Below, piece by piece: positions 39,643 to 51,215 of a DNA stretch of 64,000 bases; the stretch's first letter is position 1, and every line of letters starts with the position of its first letter. The notes beneath the pieces were generated by a model. It was given only the letters and a program-made list of their open reading frames with translations. It was not told where the DNA came from and made no database searches. Source of the stretch: Dimorphilus gyrociliatus (lineage: Eukaryota; Animalia; Annelida); NCBI GenBank assembly GCA_904063045.1, contig CAJFCJ010000027.1:186001-250000 (forward strand), read 5' to 3'. The translations under genes and the position numbers were made by a program.

Positions 39643-40812
39643 ATGACAGGGTTTAATATGACAAATACTGTTTATCCTCTAAACTCAACTAACGCAACAA
39701 ATTCAACAACACCGATGGTAATGTTACGGGAGACTTGGGTACGAGCCGTATTAATAACGCTATATGCTTTTGTCTTTATACTTGGTTTGTCGGGCAATAT
39801 TCTAGTGGTTTTTGTCGTTGTTCGTAACAGAACAATGCAAACAATTACCAATATTTTTATCAGCAATCTAGCAGTCAGCGACATTATGATGTGTTTACTT
39901 GCTGTACCATTTACCCCAATTTCCGCTTTGCTGGACGGCTGGGTATTTGGTCAAGCTCTTTGCCATCTTATTCCAATGGCTTTAGGAGTCTCTGTCTACG
40001 TATCAACTTTAACTTCAACGGCTATAGCTATTGATAGATATTTTGTAATAGTTCATCCATTCAAACCGCGTATGAGGAAGGGTGTTTGCCTTTTGTTAAT
40101 TGTAGCCATTTGGATAATATCAATATCTATATCATTGCCATTAGCTATTTATCAAACATTAGAGTGGGATTCAGATAATGATGCACCATCTTGTTTCGAA
40201 TCATGGCCAAAACAAAATGCGAGACAATTTTTTACAGTAACAAGTCTCGTTTTACAATATATTGTACCGTGTTCAGTTATAACGTACTGCTACGTGAATG
40301 TAAGTACGGTGTTGAGAGTAAGAGCTCAAGCAAGATCACAACATCGAAGATGCAGAGACAGGGACGAAATAGAAATAAAGAGGAAGAGGAGAACGAATAG
40401 AATGTTGATTGCTATGGTTTGCATATTTGTAGTGTGTTGGTTACCGTTAAATATTGTTCTCATCTTTACCGAATATAAAAGAACTCTTGATAATTGGGAG
40501 TACTATGAGCATCTTTTCTTATCGGCTCATGTCATTGCTATGTCATCAACAATTTATAATCCATTCCTTTACGCTTGGATGAATGAAAATTTTAAAAAGG
40601 AATTCAAGCAAGTAGTACCCGGTTTATTTTATATTTTTGGCCAAAGTTCCAGAGCCGGAAATGCTGCAACTGCTTCCCAGTATACAACTGTTGAGACTAC
40701 AGTAGTTGCCGCCAGAAATGGAAATTTAAAACCAAATGAAAATGACGCTGCCTTTGACTCTCAGACGGAAACTGTTGCTTTGAACGTGAGACCGAAAGAA
40801 GATGAGGATTGA
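39643..40812 (+). CDS. Class A (rhodopsin-like) neuropeptide GPCR, short neuropeptide F / prolactin-releasing peptide receptor-like, 389 aa, single coding exon
   Basis: Seven hydrophobic segments carry the class A motifs GN (TM1), SNLAVSD (TM2), DRY (TM3), W in TM4, CWLP (TM6), NPFLY (TM7) and helix 8 NFKKEF. The disulfide Cys pair is present (ALCH, SCFE), and there are four N-terminal N-glycosylation sequons (NMT, NST, NAT, NST). RNRTMQTITNIFISNLAVSDIMMCLLAVPFTP and HVIAMSSTIYNPFLYAWMNENF are typical of the NPY/sNPF/PrRP receptor group. The subfamily call rests on recalled family motifs, not a database search. Confidence 0.95.
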   Translation: MTGFNMTNTVYPLNSTNATNSTTPMVMLRETWVRAVLITLYAFVFILGLSGNILVVFVVVRNRTMQTITNIFISNLAVSDIMMCLLAVPFTPISALLDGWVFGQALCHLIPMALGVSVYVSTLTSTAIAIDRYFVIVHPFKPRMRKGVCLLLIVAIWIISISISLPLAIYQTLEWDSDNDAPSCFESWPKQNARQFFTVTSLVLQYIVPCSVITYCYVNVSTVLRVRAQARSQHRRCRDRDEIEIKRKRRTNRMLIAMVCIFVVCWLPLNIVLIFTEYKRTLDNWEYYEHLFLSAHVIAMSSTIYNPFLYAWMNENFKKEFKQVVPGLFYIFGQSSRAGNAATASQYTTVETTVVAARNGNLKPNENDAAFDSQTETVALNVRPKEDED

Positions 40813-41228
40813 ATGAGCTTTTTGCTTATATATATTTTTCATAATAGAGGAGTTAAAGTATGTATGGTTTAATACGGTGTCGAAGAAATAACAAAGGCTT
40901 ACTTTATCCTGAAAAGAGAGAAGAAGGGGAAGGGTAAATAAACGGCATTTTGAATTTAAATAGACAGAATTCTTTATTTCCCCTTGAATTGAAAACAAAA
41001 CAATCAAAGAAAAATAAATATAAATAAATAAACAATGAACTATTGCGTCAACAAAAGTTAACAGCAACGGAAAAGTGTTATTAATGCTACAACTTCTACA
41101 ACAACATCTACTATTATTTCTACTATTTCTACCATAGCTAAAAAAGACATGAATATCAGAAACCCTTATTGTATATATATATATATATAAATGTATATAT
41201 ACATATAGTGTATATATATAAATATCTA

Positions 41229-41265
<37 letters not shown>

Positions 41266-41917
41266 TATATGTATAAGTATAAATATGCTAACAGACACTC
41301 ACGTACATACATACATACATAGACAAATACACACACACACACACACACACACATAAACGCATACGATAACAGTTAAATCTTACATATATCTCTAAAAGCT
41401 AAATAAGGAATAAAAAAATTCAAAAATTAACAAACAAAACCAAAAAATAAAAATTAAAAGACAAGAACCAAAAATACGAAAATGACAAAAAAGTACGAAG
41501 AAATCATTTATTAAAATGTTATTACAAACATTTTCTGTTTGTTGTTTGTTCTTTACTTTTATTCCATAATTTTATTATCGTTATTATTATTATTACCATC
41601 ATCGTTATTATTTTTTTTATTATTAATCTTTTCCTTTTCTCTTAACTGTTTCTCTAATTGAAAAAAAAGACAAAAAACCCAAAAAAACGAGGTTAAACGA
41701 GCTAAAAAAAAAAACAAAAAAAAAATAAGAAACCAAGAAAAATAAATAAATGAAAGATTTTAGAAAAGATAAGAAATTAATTATAAAAAACGTAAAATCC
41801 GTCTAATAATCTGCAGAAATTTTGGTGGGCAGACACATGCAAAACAATGCTTGTTCAGTAAATTGTTTTTAAGGGAGAATGGTTTGTAAATATATTTTTC
41901 TCTTTTTCTTTACCTTC

Positions 41918-41985
41918 TCCTCCTCCTCCTTCTCCTCTTCTTCTTCTTCTTCTTCTTCTTTTTCTTCTTCTTCGTCGTCTTCTTT
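41918..41985. repeat. (CCT)n/(CTT)n compound microsatellite
   Basis: Directly visible run. Confidence 0.9.
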
Positions 41986-44900
41986 TCTTTAGTTTCATTT
42001 AGTATTTTTTCGTGTTGACAAAGGAAGGAAACTGTGGAAACATTAGTACTGATATTTGTGTTAGATAGCAGATATGTAATTTGAGACAATTGCCAGGATA
42101 AGAGTGAGTGACAGAGACAGAGAGAGTGGGAGAGAGAGGGACAGGGGGAGAGAGAGAGAGAGAAGGAGAGGGAGAAAGAAACAAGAGAGAAAGAAAAACA
42201 TTAAAAGCAACAATTATAACATTTAATAAATATTGTATAGGAAATGAAACAATGTATTAAGGACGAGACAATAATAAATAAACAGAGAAAATAGTTGCTA
42301 CTTTTAAACATGTTTGTACATGTAAATAAAAAGTCAAGATAAAATACACTCTTTACTCCAATGATGACACGAATAAGAAGTGTAGAAAAAGAGGTCGGTA
42401 AAGAGGATGTATATATAAAGTGTATGAATATATATACAGTATATATATATATATAAAATATATATACTAATATATATATATATATATGTGGGTAGTTAGA
42501 TAGTTAGTCAGACATGAATAACAACAACAACAATATATATATATAATATACAGTATATATACAGTAGATATTTTTAAGCGACAATAATCAGGACGAATGA
42601 AAATTCGCAACAAGGTTGAAAGAGTGTTTGATGCTATGCGCTCAATACGCTCGTAAAGATTGCCATTGCTAATGAGTTGTTGATTCACTTTTCAAACAAA
42701 ACTGTATTTAAACGATAAATGATAAATCTAAGGCAAAATCTATTCTATCTTTTTTCTTTTTTTCTTTAAAACTTCCTTATTAGGAGATTGTAATTTTGTT
42801 TTACAAGCGAGATATTTTCCCATTTATATCTCTTAAATTGAATCTATTTTAACATTTACATTTTCCCTCATACCTTCATCCTTTACTCCGTCAGTTTTAA
42901 TTTTTTTCCACTGCAAATGATGCTAATATTGCATAATGTCAAATATATACAACGCTCAGTATTCTACGTAGGAGAATTTGTAGAGTAAATTTCATTCCCC
43001 TCTTTTGTTTCATTATTATTTATACGTTGTATTTTTTGTTTAATTCATATTAAATTGTTCTCTTTGTTTGTTTATTTGTTTGTTTCTTTGTTTGTTTTTA
43101 TTCATTTAAATTTCTTATTATTAACTGATAATACTCTCATTATTTTCCACATTGTTCTTTGGATGTTTAGTATATCTGATTGCTTCTTTATTCCTGTTTC
43201 TTTATCCCTATAATAATATTATTATAATCATTATTTTAGTATTCTTGTAAAAAAAGAAAGGTATACTTTTTCTTTAAGTCTTATTTCTTTCCAGTACGAG
43301 AGATAAGGGAACAGATAGTGCGATAGAATATTGTAGATATGAGAATCAATGGATCAGTGATAGAATAGCATTAGAGCTAAAAGGATCTCTTAAGCTATTC
43401 CCCTAATGAGGGAATCGGATAAGAGAGAAAGCAAGAGCTGAGAAATGAATTATAATGATAAATATGAAAGAGAAAGAATATAATTTTCATTCTCGTACAG
43501 TGAATAATTTCTCTTCAGCCGATCATAAAAAGAGATTGAAAAGGGAGATAGAAAAAGAGAGGAGGAAAGAGAGATAGTAGTAAAGAATAAGATGTGAATC
43601 GAAAATGACTGATGGTTCAAAAGGTATGGTCCCCAGTCAATAAAATATAGAAGAGAATGAATAAAATGGTTTCCAGTTTCTGACTTCTATCTGGTTACTC
43701 TAATTCACGATACATTATCAGTTTATAGCATTTAATGAGAAACTTATTACTTCTCTTTTCTACATTGTAATATCCCTTAAAAATAGGAAAGCAACAAAAA
43801 ATATATATACTCGATTACTCGATCTCTCCTTCTCTTTCCTCCCTTTTCGTCTCTCACTCTCACTTTCTCTCTCTTTCCCTCTCTCTCTCTCTTTTACTCT
43901 TTTTCCCATATTACATTTCTTATAATATCAAGAAAATAGAACCATAAAAAAATTTTGATCAATTATTTTTCTGATTAAAGAAAAGAGAATTTTATGAAAC
44001 TGCAATAATTCACAACTAAAGATGATCTTTCCGCTGATCTATTTATCACTTAGTTATGATACGTACACTATTTTACTGCTTTCTAACTCTTTTTGCTTGT
44101 TTGTTAATTGCAAAATATGTCTTTTCTCATAAAATAAACAGAATATACATTCATTTCATCGAAAAATGGAAATAAACCTAGAGGAAACGATTAAAAGTTG
44201 AGCGTATTATACAAGTAAACAATAAAATTCTCATTTTACGTGTAAGACAAAAAATAACTGTGAGACTTTGAACTTGGCTTAGGCCTAAAAAATGATATTT
44301 AACTATATATATAGACTATATATACATATATATAGTTATATATAGTTATGAAACCGTAGAAATATATTGCAGATTAACTCGGTCTCATTAATACAGGCGC
44401 TTTGTAGATGTTAATATTAATGGATTTGGACGGTAGAGTTTCCACTTAATAGTACTATTTAGGGCATATATATATATATATATTATATGCATATTGGACG
44501 GAATGCAGTATTCTTACTGATGCGAATTTATTCAAACACCTCATATTTCTTATCGCTACAAGAGTGTGGAAGGAAAGAAGAGTATATATTAATCATATTA
44601 ATATTTAAGCGCAATAAAATGTCAATTTGCTTCCCACTCCTTAAGATACCGCTATTAAGAACAGTTTTTTCCCTAGGCTTATTCGTTTGTATAATATACG
44701 AACATGCAACTAGATTAGTCGATAAAAAGCCGAAACTAAACGAAACTAAATTGAGGAAAGCTCATATAATTAAATACACGGAAAATTACAGCCAGCAGTG
44801 GTCGTATAGTAAAAGAAAACGCTGTAAAACTCGGCTTTTTAAGCCACCCAATCTTTTTATTACAACATATTAAACTTTGCTTTTTAATGGGTAGTTTTAC

Positions 44901-47900
44901 GTCTTGATTAGTGAAAATATAAGGTTTGTACGGTTAAGGTTTCCGTCCATTAAAAAGGGTCGAACAAGGCTGAAGGGAATGAAACTCATTCTAATCGTTC
45001 TTAAAGTATCCTGATTCCAAGTATCTTTGACCTTTTATGCAATCTCGAATGGCTGATTAAGGAAAGATGATGTCAGTGGCTGTTCTAATTTTACATAGGA
45101 AACAATAGAAACTTTTATTTCATATATTTTTTATGCAATTCTCTACTAAAATATAAACGAGAAGGATATAGGAGAATAAGAGAAAAAGAAAAATAAATGT
45201 CATTAGCCGACCTAAAATTGCTTGCTTTCCTTGTAGGAGAGTTAGAACAAGTTGGAATAATTGGATTTCCGTTGTATCAAGTGCTCCCATTAGATTATCC
45301 GCATTTCAATATTAGCGTAGGATCTGATAAGATTATTAGAGTTAGATGATTATTTATAATCAACCTTCATTGCCTGCACCCCATCCTTTCCATCTTTGTC
45401 CCTCTCCTCTTATTAATTATAATGCTTAAAAGACTACGCTAAACGACATCCATTGTACTGTAAAATCTTACACTTTTCTCACACGATTTATTGTTACAGA
45501 CATAGTAATGACCCTGAAAAAGCCAAGGATTCCTTGATGAGTACATCTCTCTCTTTTTTTCTTTCTATTTTTTGTATTTCTCTTCATACATCCATTATTA
45601 TTTTAGTTTCCTATCAATTTTATAAAGTTTAATAAAGCTAATGAATATACAAACAACCTTTGTTGCTCCATAATGTATTCTATTCTTGTAATAATTTTTT
45701 TCTCAAATATTTAGATAGCTTTCTTTTATGGATATTTTTCTCTTCGTTTGTTCCTGCTCCCTCCCTCCCTTCCTCCCTCTCTCTCTCTCTCTCTCTTATT
45801 CTCTACCTCTACTCTTTCTTATTCTGGAAAAGGTTTGAGGGGAGTCAAAATCCGTATAAAAAACTCTTTACCATGGATAGGAACAACTTAACAACACGAC
45901 TGACTATGCTTCGAGTTCCCTCTTAGATTCTAGTACTTGAATTGCCATTGAATTCATGGTGTTAATTAAACGAGTCGAGTACCGAAAGTTAATGAAATCT
46001 TTTACCTAGTTTTTCTATTTTTGGTATAACATAAATAATTTTTAGCTATTTATTACTAATTTTTTCTTAGTAAAAGCAGTAGACCATCTTCTCTAGGCCA
46101 AATCATTTAATTCGTGTGAAACCTTTCATTATTAGACTAGTTTTGTTATTCTGCTAGAATGAAGGGAGGGGAAGGGACATGAGCAATTTGTCCAACTTTT
46201 CAACAGCCGGAAATTTAACCGAAACTCCTCTCTATCTATCCGATGAATATGTTCTTCTCTCTCTTTTCACAAGTTCATTTCGCACGAAATGAATTACGCA
46301 GTTGAAAATTTTGAATAATTCAATAGCATCCAGATATTTTAAATGGACATATATCATAGAAGTATAAATATAGGTATTATTAATATTAAAGAATTGAATA
46401 TACTATAACAAAAGTATCATTTTATTAAATAACTGTTACTAAAAAATCTGACACTCTTTATATATCATTGCTTTTCTTCTAGTTCAATTCCCTTTCTTGC
46501 AGATGATATGATATTTTAAAAGTCATATTTATATTAAAGCTATATATACTATACAGTATATACAGTATATATATATAGAGTGTGTATGTTGTATTTATGT
46601 CTTTTTATCGCATACAAATGAGAAGAGAAAAAGCCTGGAAAAAAAGGATTTGCTAAGCTGGGCAAAATAGAGCTGACAGAGTTTATTAATAGATTGCATA
46701 AACTTGACATTATAACAATGTTGCTAAGTAAAAATAAAAAAAAAATGGGGAAAAGAGAAAAGGGAAAAAATGAGGAAGAAAGAAAACTATAATATATAGA
46801 ATATCCTGAACAAAATATCGATCACAACGCCTAAATTACGCAGATCTAGGCAGGTTTTATTGAGTGTTCTAATTAGAAGTAACCGTTAAACAAACAACTG
46901 TAGATCAACCTTGTACAATCCTTTTGCCTATTTAAATCAACATTTTTTACTTAATGTAAAATATAATTGCTAATTTTCTCTTCTAATTGTAATTTTTATT
47001 TATCGATTTATTTTGATGATAAAGTAATAGTTTTTCTTATTTTAGACGAAATCATCACAAAATCATTAACAGACTGAATGAATAAAGAATGAAACATAAA
47101 GTACATAGTCGGATAGATAGATAGGTTTATAGATAGATGGACAGAGAGACATATTAAAAGGATTGAAATACAGAAAAAGAGAATGCGTGCGTGTATAAAC
47201 ATACTATATATTCAGAAAAGGAGATGGTAAAGATCTTTTTGGAAAAGGGATAAAAAAGGTGGTTAACAAGGACAAGATCTAATTAATCTTAAAGGGATAA
47301 TTTACTACATTTGTTAAAATTATCTTTGGCTCTCATAGTTATTGCATTACGACCATTATGTCACAAAAACTATGAAAAATCACTTTAAAAGAATATGCTG
47401 TTATTATGCTTTTTTATGATAAAAAAAGAGGTCATTGAAATATCCAGTGCACTTGTCATATTATAATTAGTTAAGTGCATTTAGAGATGCTTTTTGACGA
47501 TTATTAAATGGAGAGGAGCGTTTAAGAGTGATCTTATAATCTCTCTCCCTCTCTTTCTCTCTCTCTCCCTCCCTCTCTATCTATCTATCTATCTCTCTAT
47601 CTATCTATTTATTTCTTTCTTTCTCACACCCTCTCTCTTCTTTTCTCCTCCCTTCCCCCCCTCTCTCTCTCTCTCTCTCTCTTTTCTCTTCTGTCAGTCT
47701 CAAAAAGAAAATAAATTAATGAAACGTAAAAATAATTTTGTTAAAGTAGATTGCAGAAAATTTTGATGAGAGATTTGTACTCAAAGAATGTTTCATTCAA
47801 CACATAGTTAGCGCTGACATAAAACATAGTGACAGGAAATGAACGACGCTAATTACCTTAGAAAGGAGGAATCCGAGGACGACCGCCAAATAACAGATTA

Positions 47901-50638
47901 CATATTTAAAACGTTTAACCCCAGTTGTTAGGATTAGACGATGATATTGCCAAGTTCAAAGAGCAGCTTGGGTAGATAAATAGGATAAATTATATAGATT
48001 AAGAATAATTGATAATCTATTGAAATGATTGTTTCTCGATGTTTTTAAACTAAGGAAACATTATGTATAAAATTTTGGTTAAAAAAAAAAGAAAAAACGT
48101 CCTCTCTTTTCCATTTTAGTGCATTAGTGCATTAGTCTTAAGAGTATTTGGGCCACATGGTTTTACGTCAGAAAACATCATCTGAGGTGTCGTCTAAACA
48201 CGTGACCTTCGAAAAATAATCGTATTTATGTAATATACTCATTCTGTTCTATATTATAAAAATTCTCTTTTCCCTCCATAATTAAACACGCAGAGTCGAT
48301 TCGATTACTTATTATTTTTATTATTCTACTTTATTATATTTTTAATAATTTTCCATTATCGTATTACGTCATATACCTCTCTATCACATAATACAGTATA
48401 TTCTTCCTCTAACTCTTCTCTCTATTTAGTTCAACATCGCTTTATATCTCCCTTCTTCTCTTATTCCGTGCCCTTCACGCAAGTCATATTTAAGTCTTTT
48501 CTCTTTGCCGACATAGCTTCAACACCAAAAAAGAAAATCATAATCCAACACCGTTTTTGTCACGTGACTGCTACTCAGAAAATGTCAGGCAAATTAGTAT
48601 GGGAAGAAAATTAGAGAGTCTAATCCCGTTGATTGTGTAATCCTATGAAACGTAATAATGAATTTCTATTCATAATCGATATATTTCTCTTTTAAGGTTC
48701 AGACCCTTCCCTTTTTTCCTAGTAAAGGAATAGGATCAGTTTACACCTATTTCGCCGATATTTCCATCAATGTAAGGCTCATAAATATTCATTATTGTAT
48801 TTATTATAAAGGAAATATTTTTTTCTTGTTAATACAAATATGTATAATAGAAGGAAGGAAGTGAAAAAGAGGAATTCTTTTCTACTTGCTTGATAATCTT
48901 TCACATTATAAAGATTTTTTTCTTTTGTTTCTCTTGCACTCTTTCTTTCTTTCTCTTTTTTTCCCTTTATTCATTTTTTATTTATTTGCATCCAATGTTC
49001 TCTCACTTTCAGTTTGTCATCTTCCTCTTCCTCTCCCCTTTTCCCTTTCTATCTTGGTCGCCTGTTTGTCTTTTATTAGATTTAAGCGTATCGTTGTTTG
49101 GTCACTGTCTCTCTCTCGCTCCTTACTTCTTGAACTGTCTCGCTTACTCGCCCAATTAATCATTTATTATTCAATCTAACTAATAAGACGATGATAAAAT
49201 AAAAGAAAAATGGCCCATATGAGCAAGACATAAGGGTCACCTTTTCAACGTGAAGCAATAATTGGGAAATAATTGTGTTTCTTTAATTAAGCGCTAAGAT
49301 GGTTACAGAAGAGGTTTTCAGATTACTTGCTCGAATCTAATTAGCAAAAGCTCTTGAAAAAACTTCCAAACCAGCGAAGCTTACTAGCAGGAATGTAAAT
49401 TTAAATGAAAAGGTCATTGTATCAAACTCTAAAAATAGCTTGGTTACATTAATGAGTATTGACCCACTTTATTCCGTTTACGATGTCTATAAATAAAAAT
49501 AAAGTATAATAAAGATCTAAAGTTATTATTAAAAAATATTTAATTTCTTATTCCCTTTTACTATTTCCTTCCTTGCTCATATGATCATCTGTGAAATATA
49601 ATTCCAGACGTAATCTTCCCTTTCCTTCACGTATACTCACAACTATCAATTAATTAAATAGTCAATAGAATTGAGGACATGGCCAACTAAAATCGCCAAA
49701 ACGAAAGCTTTTAAGTTTTGCTAAAAGTTAAAAAATTAGTTGACATTTCTTGTGTGTAGGATAACGCGGTGGAGAAGATTGAAATAAGGAAGAGAGAGAA
49801 CAAGTTTCAAAGACTAAAGAAGGACAAGAAGATAGCAGAATTAGTTGGTAGAGAAAAATTTAAGTGGGAAGAGAGATCAGTTATTGATTCAAACTGCAGA
49901 CAAGATAAATTATGGCATTAAGTGGATATAAAAACTAAGAAACTTATATATGGAGGAGAAGAAAGAAGAGAAGAAGAAGAAGAAGAAGAAGAAGTAAAAA
50001 AGAAAAAAGAGAGAGTATAACAAAGTAGCATATTTGGAAATTGTTCCTTTTATTTGTATAGAAATTTTAGAAATTTTCCAGAGCTTTTTTCAATTTGAAC
50101 AACTTGGGAAAATATGGAAATCTATAAAACGTTTCCCAGCAAACAACAGCATGTTTTAAAGAATTAATAATAAGCCGAGTATTCTCTACAACAAAGATGG
50201 CTATAGTTTACATACACTTTCTTGTACATTTTCTATAAAAGTTTGTATCAAGTGTAGCCTTAAACAAGTATATTTTATACTAAATATACATACGGATACA
50301 AACACTTTTGTCATTTTATTTCTTACGATCCACTTTGTTGCCTCTATTTCTTTCTTCTCTCTCTCTTTTTCTTTTGAATTTTTGATGTAATCTTAAGCTA
50401 TCTTTACTGTTAACCTGTGTTATTTTTCCTTTCTGTTACATATTGCTACCTATTACGTAGCTTATACATCCAGGGAGGCTTTTCTTAATCTCTTGATCTT
50501 TTCTCACAGCGCTTTCTTTCTCTGTCTCATTGTCATTACCTTTTATTTCATTTTCGATTAGCCATATCGCTCAGCCTTAATATGTCACTTAAGAGAAATT
50601 GATAACGAGTCTTAGCAGTCATTAATAAAGTTATATAA

Positions 50639-50641
<3 letters not shown>

Positions 50642-50678
<37 letters not shown>

Positions 50679-50698
50679 TGTATATACAGTATACTGTA
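50642..50698. repeat. (TA)n microsatellite ending in three TAC[AT]GTA units
   Basis: The run ends ...tatactgtatatacagtatactgta. Confidence 0.9.
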
Positions 50699-51102
50699 TT
50701 AATATAAAATATACAGCAATATATGCATGTACAGTTTCCAGATAATAAAGTAGTTTACTGTATTTAGGCATTAATACATATACAAATATATTTTTGGTAT
50801 GATTATTAATTGATATATAAATATATATAAATTGTTATATTTATATATATTTACTTATAAAGATATGCATGTTATATAAATCTTTATGTCTTTATATATT
50901 TACGTTATTAACTTCTGAAAATAGAATATGCTAAGAAGGTTTCTCTTCTGTTTAATTATACTAGTTTTCTCCATGTAAAAATCTTATTTTAATTTCTATC
51001 GCTTAGATGTCCTTCAGATGTCGCCAGTAGACAGTAACTGATGCCATCTATCGCGAATATGGCATATCGTTAGTGAAAGACTTGTAGAATGAGAACTCGA
51101 CT

Positions 51103-51215
51103 TCAAAATGTCATTAGGATGAAAACTAATGTCAAGGTCACGAGTGAGAAAGCAGGAGAGGACCCTTTTAAGGATGAGGCACCGCTGACGTATCTGCTTT
51201 TCATGGAATCCATAT
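51103..51215 (-). CDS. EB-module cysteine-rich protein, putative terminal exon F (GPI-anchor signal-like tail)
   Basis: A very strong acceptor ctctcttttcttcgtcttttaacag| gives a phase-1 entry that matches exon E. Translation: (D)MDSMKSRYVSGASSLKGSSPAFSLVTLTLVFILMTF*, i.e. small residues (SGA), a polar spacer, and a 15-residue hydrophobic C-terminus with no cytoplasmic tail. Confidence 0.7.

Noticed and set aside
39672-41298. ORFs 39672-39884 (-), 40191-40400 (+) and 40726-41298 (-) overlapping the GPCR or its 3' flank
   Set aside because: They are shadow frames or microsatellite-derived; the 190-aa ORF is dominated by (TA)n and AT-rich text.
44487-44873. 128-aa plus-strand ORF
   Set aside because: It has an AT-rich codon profile, no recognisable domain and no supporting splice or promoter signal.
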